Assembly: GCA_044229975.1 (NCBI GenBank)
Contig: JBGARZ010000005.1
Span: 352,001 to 416,000, forward strand
Length of the DNA stretch: 64,000 bases
Source: Polyangiales bacterium
GTDB taxonomy: Bacteria; Myxococcota_A; Polyangia; Polyangiales; Ga0077539
Direction: 5' to 3'
Positions 19,874 to 29,498 of this stretch are shown piece by piece. Both the position numbers and the translations under genes were made by a program. The notes beneath the pieces are model-generated. The model saw nothing but the letters and a program-made list of their open reading frames with translations. It made no database searches and was not told where the DNA came from. Numbering within the stretch: position 1 is the first letter of the stretch; each line of letters begins with the position of its first letter.

Positions 19874-20703
19874 GCGCTCCAGGGTGCGTTGCGATCGTCG
19901 GTGAAGACACCGTCCATGCAGTGCTGCTGTGCTGTCTGCTCCGCCAGGTCATCCGTGAAGCCGCGCGCGAACTCGGCCAGGAATGGATCGTCGAGAACCT
20001 TATCGCCGACCCAGCGTTCGTCGGGCCGACGGATCTCCACTCCTTCATCCCAGGTCTCCACTATCGCTGCTCGATTTCTTCTGCGCCGGCGCGAGGTCCT
20101 TCGGCCACGATCGATGGAAGGCCCATCAAGCTGCGAGGACACCTCGATGGCTCCCCGATTGGTCCCGAAGGACAGAAGTGGAGGCACCTTCTGCTGGAGG
20201 TTCTCTCGGACGCGCCGGACGTGGTGCTCATCGCGAAGGACACCGACGGCAGACCAGAAAGCCTCGACGGACTTCGCCGGGTAGCGCGCTACTACGCCGA
20301 GGCGGACTCCTCGCGCGTCATCGTCGTCGCTGCGCCACACCGCGACGCCGAGGGCTGGTTGGTCGCGGGCTTCGTCCCGACCCCTGCAACCCACGAGACG
20401 AAGACGCTTGCGACCGTCCGCCGCGACCTGAACTTCGATCCGACGACTTCGCCAGAGCGGCTGACGTCGCACCCCAACGACGCCCCGACCGATGCGAAGC
20501 GCGTGCTCCGTCAGTTGCTCAACCTCGCACCCATCGTCAGCATGCCTCCCTCGCCCGAGGACTGTGCGCTGCTCCAGGAGCGACTGTTGGGCGACCTCGC
20601 CCTCCTCCGAGCGCGGAACGCCGAATCAGGGCTGACAACCTTCCTCGACGACCTCACCCATCACGCACTGCCGCGACTCTTCGGCGTGCTGCGACCGCGC
20701 TGA
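19870..20703 (+). CDS. TOPRIM-like (DUF4276-like) partner of the ATPase
   Basis: VAIVGED, KDTDG (DxD) and DAEGWL motifs; ATGA overlap with the ATPase. Confidence 0.6.
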   Translation: MSAPGCVAIVGEDTVHAVLLCCLLRQVIREAARELGQEWIVENLIADPAFVGPTDLHSFIPGLHYRCSISSAPARGPSATIDGRPIKLRGHLDGSPIGPEGQKWRHLLLEVLSDAPDVVLIAKDTDGRPESLDGLRRVARYYAEADSSRVIVVAAPHRDAEGWLVAGFVPTPATHETKTLATVRRDLNFDPTTSPERLTSHPNDAPTDAKRVLRQLLNLAPIVSMPPSPEDCALLQERLLGDLALLRARNAESGLTTFLDDLTHHALPRLFGVLRPR

Positions 20704-21746
20704 GCCCCCGGGGCAGCGCGCTTCGGCTTGATCCCCGCGGCGATGCCCGGGTGCTCGGCGGCGAGCTCCTCGAAGCGCGCGACGATGCGGTCCTTCCGCT
20801 TCTTGAAGTGTGCGCGGTTGTTGCGGACCTTCTCCATCAGCACCCGCGCGACGCGCTCCGACGGCGCCAGGTCGAGCAGCGGGAAGCCCGAGTTGAAGCC
20901 GTTGAGCGCCTTCGCGCCCGTCGGGCCCCAGTCGGTCATCAGCCGCCGATAGACGACCTCCTCGCGGCGCTCGGGCGACAACGCGCCGAGAATCTCCCGC
21001 CCCGTCGCATCCCCCCAGAACGGCACAACCAGATCCCACCGCGGCTCCAGCGTGACGCCCGCCCGCACCAGCGGGAGCAGCGCGAGCACGCCGAGCGTGT
21101 CCAGCTCGTACAGCCCGAGCATCCCGTAGCCGAACGCGTCGTCCCTCATGTACGGCGCGTCGGGTTTGCGGAGCGACGCGAGCACATCGGCGAAGACGGC
21201 AGCCCACCCGGCCGCGCTCGCGGCGTGCCCATCGAGGACGCCTCGCAGCCGCTCTTCCAACGGAAACCCATGGATGCCGTAGGGCTCCAGCACGCTCTCC
21301 GCCGCGGCCTCGATGACCTGCGCGGGCGTGAGGTGCTCCATCAACACGAGGGGAATGCCCTGGCCGAACTCCAGCGCCTCATCGGGCTGCGCGAGCCACA
21401 CCTTCCACAGCGGCCACTCCACCGCGACGCCCTCGTGCGTCCAGGGGACGCGGCGTTCGAGCGCGCCCGGCGGGTCGACGCCCAACCAGCGACGCAACAG
21501 CCGCTTGCTCGACGGCAGCCCGTTGCCTCCCGCGTCGACGCCCTCGCGCAGCAGCGCCTCGGCCACGCGCCGCTGATCGGCGGTGAGCTCCTCTGGAAGC
21601 GCGATCTCTTCCCACCGGGGCCAGCGCGCGACGCAGCCGGTGCGGCGGATGGCCTCCCGCGCGGCGTCACCGGCCCGCGATACGTCGGGGTCGCCGGCGA
21701 CGATGCGAAGGAGGCCGTCGAGGTCTTCGGTGAACGTGGGTTCCAT
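20661..21746 (-). CDS. Hypothetical alpha-helical protein
   Basis: Long ORF with host-like codon usage; no family recognised; start uncertain. Confidence 0.65.
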   Translation of the reverse strand: MEPTFTEDLDGLLRIVAGDPDVSRAGDAAREAIRRTGCVARWPRWEEIALPEELTADQRRVAEALLREGVDAGGNGLPSSKRLLRRWLGVDPPGALERRVPWTHEGVAVEWPLWKVWLAQPDEALEFGQGIPLVLMEHLTPAQVIEAAAESVLEPYGIHGFPLEERLRGVLDGHAASAAGWAAVFADVLASLRKPDAPYMRDDAFGYGMLGLYELDTLGVLALLPLVRAGVTLEPRWDLVVPFWGDATGREILGALSPERREEVVYRRLMTDWGPTGAKALNGFNSGFPLLDLAPSERVARVLMEKVRNNRAHFKKRKDRIVARFEELAAEHPGIAAGIKPKRAAPGAQRGRSTPKSRGSA

Positions 21747-21849
21747 CGCGCGCATGGCCCGAGTGGATACCCGAGCGATCGCCCGCTCGACCACAATGGG
21801 CTTGAGTCCGTCCTCCGCGCGCCTCTACCTTCTTCGATGGAGGACCCTC

Positions 21850-22647
21850 ATGGCGCTGAAGAACCTGACCGACAACGAAATGCTCGAACTGTCGTCCGCC
21901 TGGATCGACCCGAACCGCCGGCGCCCCGCGCTCGAAGCGCAGCCGCTGCTCGCGGCGATGCTGCCCAGCATCGAGGCCGCCCACGCGGGGCTCCTCGCGG
22001 GTGACGGTCCGACCGGTGACGACGCGCGGGAGAAGGAACGCGCCGCGCTCTACGAGCAGGGCGTCACCCTCGACCAGCGGCACGACCGCAAGGGCCGCGG
22101 GGCGTTTACGCTGCTGACCGCCCTGGTCGACCTGAGCGACGACCCGGCGGAGGCCGAGTCGCTTCTGGCGTTGCGGCACGCGCTCTTCCCCGACGACAAC
22201 CTCGCGGTGCTCTCCGCGAGCTGGAAGGGCGAGGCCGGCAACGCGCGTCGGGTGCGCGAGAAGGTCCTCGGCGACAAGGCCCTGACCGCCTTGCTGAAGG
22301 CCATCCCGTTGATGGGAAGGCACACGCTGCTCGACGGCGTGAAGGACTTCGTCGGCGCGGCAGAGAAGCTCGGCGCGGTCGAAGATCGGCGCGTGGCCCT
22401 GGAAGAGCCCGCCACGCCCGACGCGCGCTCGGGTCGGGTGAAGGCGCGCAACCGCTGGATCGCCGTGAGCAACAGCCTCGTCCACCTCGTCGACGACCTG
22501 CTGGAGCTGGAGCCGACGGCGCGACGCGCGCTGCTGGGCGCGACGACGGACGCCGAGGGCAAGGCCGACGCCCGCGCGCTGGGGCGACGCCCCGCGGAGG
22601 TGGTCGCCGAGCCGGTCAAACCGGTTTCGGGGCCGGGTCAGGGGTAG
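21850..22647 (+). CDS. Hypothetical alpha-helical protein
   Basis: GGAGGA RBS before ATG 21850; host-like codon usage. Confidence 0.75.
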   Translation: MALKNLTDNEMLELSSAWIDPNRRRPALEAQPLLAAMLPSIEAAHAGLLAGDGPTGDDAREKERAALYEQGVTLDQRHDRKGRGAFTLLTALVDLSDDPAEAESLLALRHALFPDDNLAVLSASWKGEAGNARRVREKVLGDKALTALLKAIPLMGRHTLLDGVKDFVGAAEKLGAVEDRRVALEEPATPDARSGRVKARNRWIAVSNSLVHLVDDLLELEPTARRALLGATTDAEGKADARALGRRPAEVVAEPVKPVSGPGQG

Positions 22648-22676
22648 TTCGCAGCGACCGAAACCGATCGGGAGGC

Positions 22677-22779
22677 GGGGTCGAGGGTGGTCGGCGATTG
22701 GTTGCACACCCACCGAGACCGGGGTCGAGGGTGGTCGGCGATTGGTTGCACACCCACCGAGACCGGGGTCGAGGGTGGT
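22677..22779. repeat. 44-bp tandem repeat, about 2.3 identical copies
   Basis: Unit GGGGTCGAGGGTGGTCGGCGATTGGTTGCACACCCACCGAGACC at 22677 and 22721, partial copy at 22765. Confidence 0.9.
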
Positions 22780-24669
22780 TCACCCCCCGCGCAGCTTGCG
22801 CCGATCACCCACCCGTAGCGTCACCTTCCGCGCGTCGAACCACTCCAGATAGGGAATGGCCCACTTGCGCGACAGCCCGCTCAGCTCCTTGAAGCCCTGC
22901 GCGTCGATGGTCCCCTTCTCCTTCAACCACGCCACCAGCGCGGCCTCCAGCGCCGCCATCGCCGCCGCGTCCACATACACCTCGCTCGTCACCTTCACCG
23001 CCTCGGCCCGATCGGTGAGCCGCTTCAGCGCCGCCGCGAGCCCCCTGGCGTCCGTCCCCAACGTAGTCGCCAGCTCGTCGACCCGCGGCGCCGACGTGCC
23101 CGCCCGCGCCAGCGCCGCCCTCACCTGCGCCAGGTACGGCGTCTCGTCGGCGCTCCTCGGCCGCCACCCCGCGCGCGCAATCACGTCCCCTTCGCGCGTC
23201 ACCCGCTTCGCCGCCACCAGCGCGCCCAGCGCCGCGTCCACCACCGCGTCGTCACCCAGCGCCGCCAGCGCGCTGCGCCCCATGCCCCGCTCGTCGGGGC
23301 TGCGTCCATGGTGGGCGCTCAGCGCCTCCAGCACCCTCCCCTGCAACGCCTCCAACGCCGGCCGCGACACCCACCGATCGCTCGCGACCGCTACGCCCGC
23401 CGTCCCCTCCGCGACCGCGTAGCCCGCCCTCGCCCACAGCGCCGCGCCGTCGAGTCCGCGCAGCCCCGCGGCCTCCAGCTCCACCTCCGCGCGCGTCCTC
23501 GCATCGCCCGCCGCGCTGCGCCGCGCACGCTCGGCCGACACCGCGCGACGACGCACCCGCTCCACCACCGGGCGCACCACCGTGAGCCCGCCGACGGTAC
23601 CGCCCACGCCCGCCAGCGACGGCGGACCGCGCATCACCAGCCGCTCGCCCACGCGCAACACCAGCGGCCGATCGGTGGTCACCCGCGCGAGCGCCTCTGC
23701 TCCCGCCGCGAGCGATTCGCCCTCCAGCAGCGACACCGTCGCGAGCGCGTGCGTCGCCCCCGCTGCCACCTCCAGCTTCGTCCGCCGGCCGAGCGCCCGC
23801 CGCGTCTCCGGCAGCGATCGCACCACCGCATCAAACGAACGCGTCACCGCCGTCATCCCCTCGCGAAGCACCCACTGCCCACGCGCCACGTCCGCGAGCT
23901 CCACGCCCGCGAGGTTGACCGCCACCCGCGACCCCGCGCGCGCCTCCTTCACGGCCTCACCGTGCACCTGGAGCCCGCGCACCCGCGCGCCCAGCAGCCC
24001 ATGCGACAGACCCGACGGACCCACCGCCACGGCGTCGCCTTCGTGTAGCGATCCGGCCACGAGCGTGCCGGTCACCACCACCCCGAAGCCCTTGCGCGCA
24101 AAGACCCGATCGATGGGCAGCACGGGCGTCCCACCGGCCTCGCGCGGCGCCACGTCCACCGCCGCCAGCGCCGCCCGCAGCGCCTCCACGCCGCGTCCAT
24201 CGCGCGCGCTCACCGCCACCACCGGGGCGCCGTCGAGGGCCGTCCCGCGCAGCACCTCGCGCACCTCGTCGGCGGCCAGCTCGACGAGGTCGTCGCTCGC
24301 GAGGTCGCACTTGGTGAGCGCGCACACGCCGTTGGTCACACCCACCAGGCCGGCGATGGCGAGGTGCTCGCGCGTCTGCGGCATCACGCCTTCGTTCGCG
24401 GCCACCACCAGCAGCATCACGTCGACGCCCCCGGCGCCCGCGATCATCGTCCGAACGAAGCGCTCGTGGCCCGGCATGTCGATGACCGCTGCGCGCGTTC
24501 CGTCGCCCAGGTCCATCGCCGCGAAGCCGAGCTCGATGGTGATGCCGCGCGCCTTCTCCTCGGGCAGCCGGTCGGTGTCGACGCCCGTCAGCGCCTTCAC
24601 CAGCGCCGTCTTGCCGTGATCGATGTGACCCGCCACCCCGATCACCCGCTGACCCGGCCCCGTGCTCAT
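22780..24669 (-). CDS. selB: Selenocysteine-specific elongation factor
   Basis: GHIDHGKT, EEKARGITIELGF, DMPGHERF, PQTREH, and a C-terminal winged helix (LSRKWAIPYLEWFD). Confidence 0.95.
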   Translation of the reverse strand: MSTGPGQRVIGVAGHIDHGKTALVKALTGVDTDRLPEEKARGITIELGFAAMDLGDGTRAAVIDMPGHERFVRTMIAGAGGVDVMLLVVAANEGVMPQTREHLAIAGLVGVTNGVCALTKCDLASDDLVELAADEVREVLRGTALDGAPVVAVSARDGRGVEALRAALAAVDVAPREAGGTPVLPIDRVFARKGFGVVVTGTLVAGSLHEGDAVAVGPSGLSHGLLGARVRGLQVHGEAVKEARAGSRVAVNLAGVELADVARGQWVLREGMTAVTRSFDAVVRSLPETRRALGRRTKLEVAAGATHALATVSLLEGESLAAGAEALARVTTDRPLVLRVGERLVMRGPPSLAGVGGTVGGLTVVRPVVERVRRRAVSAERARRSAAGDARTRAEVELEAAGLRGLDGAALWARAGYAVAEGTAGVAVASDRWVSRPALEALQGRVLEALSAHHGRSPDERGMGRSALAALGDDAVVDAALGALVAAKRVTREGDVIARAGWRPRSADETPYLAQVRAALARAGTSAPRVDELATTLGTDARGLAAALKRLTDRAEAVKVTSEVYVDAAAMAALEAALVAWLKEKGTIDAQGFKELSGLSRKWAIPYLEWFDARKVTLRVGDRRKLRGG

Positions 24670-24711
24670 GGGGTCACCATACCAGCGGCTCTGTTACTCT
24701 CCGCGCCCACC

Positions 24712-26430
24712 ATGCGACCCGCGCGCGCCCTCGTTCTTCTCCCCTTCCTCCTGGCCGCCTGTGACGACGCGGCACCCGCGGCGGACGCCGCCGTCACCGA
24801 CGTCCCCCGCAACGACCTCGGCGCCGCCGACGCGCCCGATGCCACCACCGACGACGTCGTCGAGCCCGCGGTCGATGTCCCTGCGCCGGACGTCCTCCCC
24901 ACCATCGAGCCCTTCGACCCCAACCCCCGCGGCAGCTTCCCGCCGGGCTTTCTCTGGGGCTCGGCCACCGCCCCGTACCAGATCGAGGGCGGCCTCGAAC
25001 GCACCGACTGGGGACAGTGGGAGTCGATGCCCAACCGCATCCTCAACGGCGACCGCGCCAACAACGGCCCGCGGAGCTTCACCCAGTTCGCCGGCGAGCT
25101 CGACGCCCTCGTCGCCACCCACCAGAACGCCTACCGCCTCGGCTTCGACTGGTCGCGCCTCTTCCCGACGCGCGCCGCCTGGGACCGCTGCTTCGCCGCG
25201 CGCACCCGTCCCCTCGCGGACTTCATGACCGAGTGCCGCGCCGCCGCCGACCCCGAAGGCGTCGCCTACTACCACCGCGTGCTCGACGCGATGGCCGCGC
25301 GCCGGCTCGTCCCGATGGTGACGCTCTACCACTTCGTTCTGCCCGACTACCTCAACGACCTCTCGCAGCCCTACGACACGCAAGGGTGGGTGCGCGACGG
25401 TATCGTCGACGACTTCGGCGTGTGGTCGCGCTTCGCGGGCGGTGAGTACGGCCGCCAGGTCGACTGGTGGATCACCCTCAACGAGCCCCTCGTCATCGCC
25501 GCCGGTGGGTACGTCCAGAACGTCTTCCCCCCCGGCGCGCCGCTCAACTTCGACCGCGTCCGACGGCTCGTGGGCCACATGATCCGCGCCCACGCGCGCG
25601 GCTACGACGCGCTCCACGAGGCCGACACCTTCGCCGTCGCGAGCAACGCCGACGCGGGCGTCGGTGGCACCGGCGGTCGACCGGCGCTCGTCTCCATCGC
25701 CACGCACAACCGGGTGTTTCGCGCCGAGCGGCCGGGCAACGAGGCTGATGAAGCGGGCGCCCGCGCCGTGGCCTACATCAACAACGACCTCTTCATGAAC
25801 GCCATCGTCGCAGGCGACTTCGACGGCGACGCCGACGGCACGCTCACCGGCCCGATGGACGTGCGCAACGACCCGTCGCTGCGCGCCCGCGCCGACTACA
25901 TCGGGCTCAACTACTACGGGCTCACGCTGGTGCACGGCATCCCCTCGCTGCCCATCCTCCGGGGGTTTCCGCAGCAGGTCTCGCTCAACACCCCGCTCCC
26001 CAAGTCCGACCTCGACTGGGATCTCTACCCCCAAGGGTTCCTGCTCGTGATGCGCGAGCTGCGGCGCTTCAACCTCCCGGTGATCATCACCGAAAACGGC
26101 CTCGCCGACGCCTCCGGAACCAACCGCCCGCGCTACCTCGCCGAGCACCTCGCCATCGTCGCGCGCGCCATCCGCGAGGGCCTCGACGTGCGCGGGTACT
26201 TCCACTGGTCGATCATCGACAACTTCGAGTGGGCCGAGGGGTTCTGCCCCCGCTTCGGCATCTACACCGTCGACTACAACGACCCCGCGCGTCGCCGCAT
26301 CCCCACGCCCGCGGCCGAGACCTACCGCCGCATCATCGACGAGAACCAGGTGAGCGACACGCTCCTCCGCGAGGTGCCCGCCTACCACCCGCCGACGCTG
26401 TGCCACCCGCGCACCGACGCCGGGACGTGA
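24712..26430 (+). CDS. Glycoside hydrolase family 1 lipoprotein
   Basis: Lipobox LAAC; FLWGSATAPYQIEG, TLNEP, ITENG, DNFEWAEG. Confidence 0.92.
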   Translation: MRPARALVLLPFLLAACDDAAPAADAAVTDVPRNDLGAADAPDATTDDVVEPAVDVPAPDVLPTIEPFDPNPRGSFPPGFLWGSATAPYQIEGGLERTDWGQWESMPNRILNGDRANNGPRSFTQFAGELDALVATHQNAYRLGFDWSRLFPTRAAWDRCFAARTRPLADFMTECRAAADPEGVAYYHRVLDAMAARRLVPMVTLYHFVLPDYLNDLSQPYDTQGWVRDGIVDDFGVWSRFAGGEYGRQVDWWITLNEPLVIAAGGYVQNVFPPGAPLNFDRVRRLVGHMIRAHARGYDALHEADTFAVASNADAGVGGTGGRPALVSIATHNRVFRAERPGNEADEAGARAVAYINNDLFMNAIVAGDFDGDADGTLTGPMDVRNDPSLRARADYIGLNYYGLTLVHGIPSLPILRGFPQQVSLNTPLPKSDLDWDLYPQGFLLVMRELRRFNLPVIITENGLADASGTNRPRYLAEHLAIVARAIREGLDVRGYFHWSIIDNFEWAEGFCPRFGIYTVDYNDPARRRIPTPAAETYRRIIDENQVSDTLLREVPAYHPPTLCHPRTDAGT

Positions 26431-26846
26431 GGGCGCTCGCCCTCCTCGCCCTCCTCGCTCTCTTCCCCGCCGACCTCCTCGCGCAGGGGCGCGCCCGACG
26501 CCACCGCCGACCACCGCGACCACCCACTGGAGCCGTTCATCTCCGCGTGCTGCGGGTCGAGCGCGCGTCCATCGACGGAGCCCGCCTCGCCGCACCCACG
26601 GTGCTCCCCGCCGTCGTCCGCTGCCTCGACGCCGCGCGCGCCCGCGACCCCGCCGGGTTTCCTTCGTCTCGCAGCGTCGAGGTCGTCATCGGACTCGCCG
26701 CCGGAGGGAGGGCGCAGGCCGTGGAGTTCGACCCGCCCCTCACCGCGCTGGGCCTGTCCGCGTGCCTCGGCGACGCGCTGCTCACGTGGCGCCAGCCGGG
26801 CAACACCCAGCCCCGCGCGTCGGTCTATCTCCGCCTCGAACTCTGA
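26427..26846 (+). CDS. Small secreted protein (possibly AgmX/TonB-C-like)
   Basis: GTGA overlap with the GH1 gene; signal peptide; two Cys (VRCL, SACL). Confidence 0.55.
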   Translation: MRALALLALLALFPADLLAQGRARRHRRPPRPPTGAVHLRVLRVERASIDGARLAAPTVLPAVVRCLDAARARDPAGFPSSRSVEVVIGLAAGGRAQAVEFDPPLTALGLSACLGDALLTWRQPGNTQPRASVYLRLEL

Positions 26847-26857
26847 CCTTCGACGGC

Positions 26858-28003
26858 ATGGGCCTTGAGTCTGCGGGCCCGGACGCCAGCGGCACTTCCG
26901 CCGTCGCGCGTCCCTCCCCGATGGCCCCCATGCCGCACCTCTCACGGTCCACCACCGCGCCCGCCGACGAGCGTCGTTCGTCTCCGCCCGAAGGTTCTCT
27001 CCGAGTGCAGCCGACGCCCCCGTCGCCGCTCGAAGATGTCCCCTGTCCGGCGGCAATCCTCGACGCCGCTTGCGTCGTGAGGGAGGCCAACCGCGCCTGG
27101 CTCACCTCGCCCATGGGCGTCGCCAACCTCGGGCAGAGCTACCCGGCCGGACTCCACGCCGCCGTCCCCAACGCCGCCGCCCTGCTCCGCGCCATCACCG
27201 AAGTCATCACCACAACACCCGACGTCGATCGGGTTGTCAGTGGCTTGACAGTACCCTGTCACGAGTATGACGCTGAACATTGGACCTCTGTCAGCTTGTC
27301 GACAGCGATGCGTCAGAATCGACGGTGCTGGATGGTGCTCCATCAGGATGCGACGGCGCAGAAGCAGGAAGAGCGGCGTCAGGAGATGGTCCTGCGCACT
27401 GCGATGATCCAGGCGTGCCCGCAAGATCCGACGGTGCGTGAGCGCCGGGTGGCGACGATGCTGGGCGAGCTGCTCAACGCGTCGGCGGTGGTGGTCTGGG
27501 AGCGAGCGGCCACGGGTGCTCTTCGGGCCCGCCCGCTGGAGACGGCATCGTCGTCCCCGCGGGTGGCGACCATCGCGCACACCAAGCAGCTCACGGCCGT
27601 GATGGACGGCAACACGGCCGAGTGGCTACGGCTCCTCGACGGGACGCCCTGCTTCGCGGTCCCCGTGAGCCAGCACGAGCGGGTGGTGTTGCTGCACTTC
27701 CAACCGCGCCCTCGCTTCGACCTCGACACGCTGACGCTCGTGGCGCGCGCGCTGCGGCCCACCACCACGCTGCTCGCGCACGCCCGCGCCGCTCGTGCGC
27801 GGACGCCCCGCGAGGCCCGGCGCACGCTCGACCCCGACGACGCGCGGTACCCCGACCTCGCCCAACACGAGCGCCTCCACATCGAGCGCACCCTCGCCCT
27901 CTGCGGCAACAACATCGTCCGCGCGGCGCAGGCGCTGGGCATCGCGCGCTCGACGCTCTACGAGCGCCTCAAGGACTACGGCGTCACCCTGTCGGTGCGC
28001 TGA
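26858..28003 (+). CDS. PAS-like sensor with C-terminal Fis-type HTH
   Basis: PAAILDAACVVREANRAW (PAS-like); HIERTLALCGNNIVRAAQALGIARSTLYERL (HTH_8). Start uncertain. Confidence 0.7.
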   Translation: MGLESAGPDASGTSAVARPSPMAPMPHLSRSTTAPADERRSSPPEGSLRVQPTPPSPLEDVPCPAAILDAACVVREANRAWLTSPMGVANLGQSYPAGLHAAVPNAAALLRAITEVITTTPDVDRVVSGLTVPCHEYDAEHWTSVSLSTAMRQNRRCWMVLHQDATAQKQEERRQEMVLRTAMIQACPQDPTVRERRVATMLGELLNASAVVVWERAATGALRARPLETASSSPRVATIAHTKQLTAVMDGNTAEWLRLLDGTPCFAVPVSQHERVVLLHFQPRPRFDLDTLTLVARALRPTTTLLAHARAARARTPREARRTLDPDDARYPDLAQHERLHIERTLALCGNNIVRAAQALGIARSTLYERLKDYGVTLSVR

Positions 28004-28007
28004 CCGC

Positions 28008-28388
28008 TCAGCCCTTCACCCTCATCAAGAACAGCGGGTTCCACGCGAAGAGCGAGAGCTCGGCGCGGCCCTGCATCCACTGCCGCAGCGCGGCCCCTGA
28101 GTCCGCGTCGTCGAAGCGCCCGGCGTCGATGAGCGCGCACAGCTCGCCGTCGTCCACCGGAGCGCCCGGCAGCGCCTCCCGCCCGCGCTCGATCTCCGCG
28201 ACCATCTCCGGGCCGCGGGACATCTCGCGCGACGCGACGCCCAGCACATGGGTCGCCACGAGCGTCTCGAAGCGCAGCCGCGGGTCGGTGATGGCCGGGA
28301 CCACCTTGGTCGCGAGGTGCTCGCGCGCGGCGTCGATGAGGTCGAGGGCGCTGGGGTGCTGCTCGAAGGCGTCGCGATCGTTGCTCAT
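28008..28388 (-). CDS. DUF6285-like protein
   Basis: PSALDLIDAAREHL...LCALIDAG...NP pattern; overlaps the phosphotransferase stop. Confidence 0.65.
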   Translation of the reverse strand: MSNDRDAFEQHPSALDLIDAAREHLATKVVPAITDPRLRFETLVATHVLGVASREMSRGPEMVAEIERGREALPGAPVDDGELCALIDAGRFDDADSGAALRQWMQGRAELSLFAWNPLFLMRVKG

Positions 28389-29425
28389 GGGGTGCCCTTC
28401 TCGATGCGGTCGATGCGGTCGATGAGCTCCCACTCCATCTCGGCGGCCTTGCGCCCGAGGCTCACCAGCTCCACCGAGCGGTCGCTCCCGCTCAGGTGAC
28501 GGGCGGCCTGCGCGTGGCACATCACCGCCCAGCGGAGGTTGCCCAGCAGCTCCCACCAGACGAGCGCAGCGCGGTCGACGGGGCGACCACCGGCCGAGGC
28601 ATACCCGTCGAGGTATTCGTCGAGCGATCCGACACCACCGACCAACTTGGTGTCCTGCTCGAAGCGCCAGTCGCGCACGGTGGCCCACCCGAGGTCTTCG
28701 TGACGATCACCGAGGTGCGCAAACTCCCAATCGAGGACGCCGCGCAACCCCTCGCGGTCGACCAGCAGGTTGCCGATGCGGTAGTCGCCGTGCACCAGCG
28801 TGAGCTCGCCGTCCCACGCCGGGACGTGCGCCGTGAGCCAGCGCAGCGCGTAGACCCACGCGGGGTTGCGCAGCCCGAGCGACGCCACGACCGTGCGCGA
28901 CTGGTGCAGCGCCTCTTCCGCGGGTGTGCGCCCGTCGGTGACGCCGGGGAGCGTCGGCAGGCCATCGACAGGGACACGATGGATGACCGCGAGCGCCTCA
29001 CCGAGCTGTCGGGCGAGCACCTCGCGGGCGGCGGCGAGCTCGGGCGCCCGCACCACCTTGCGGCCGACGCTCTCGCCGACGAGTCGCTCCATGAGAAACC
29101 ACGCCCGCGGCGCACCGGGCGCTGAAAGGTACCGCGGCGTCGGCGCTCGCACGCCCGCCGCACACGCCGCGCGGAGGAGCGCGAACTCCGTCGCCCGGTC
29201 GAGGGCCCACGCGCTCATGTTGGCGCCCATGTCGCGACGCAGGACGAGGGCCTCGGTGGCGTCGCCCACGCGCAGGTCGAGCGCCCAGGTCTCCATCGAG
29301 GCACCACCCGCGAGGCGCCGCGCGGACACGAGCGATGTGGGGAGTCCGGTGGTGGTGCTCACGACGCCGAGCACCTCGTCGCGCAACGGGTCGGACAGCG
29401 AGTCGGCGCGGATCACGTCGGTCAT
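28385..29425 (-). CDS. Phosphotransferase (APH-like, ACAD10/11-type) family protein
   Basis: GGASMET, HGDYRIGN, LDWEFAHLGD, EDLGW. Confidence 0.88.
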   Translation of the reverse strand: MTDVIRADSLSDPLRDEVLGVVSTTTGLPTSLVSARRLAGGASMETWALDLRVGDATEALVLRRDMGANMSAWALDRATEFALLRAACAAGVRAPTPRYLSAPGAPRAWFLMERLVGESVGRKVVRAPELAAAREVLARQLGEALAVIHRVPVDGLPTLPGVTDGRTPAEEALHQSRTVVASLGLRNPAWVYALRWLTAHVPAWDGELTLVHGDYRIGNLLVDREGLRGVLDWEFAHLGDRHEDLGWATVRDWRFEQDTKLVGGVGSLDEYLDGYASAGGRPVDRAALVWWELLGNLRWAVMCHAQAARHLSGSDRSVELVSLGRKAAEMEWELIDRIDRIEKGTP

Positions 29426-29498
29426 GGTGATGATGGTCGGCGACGGTACACGCGCGGGGCGTGGCCCGCGACTCCGAACGCCGCTACGATCGCCCTCC

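Noticed and set aside
22677..22779. Possible CRISPR array
   Set aside because: The units are identical and contiguous, with no unique spacers and no cas genes.
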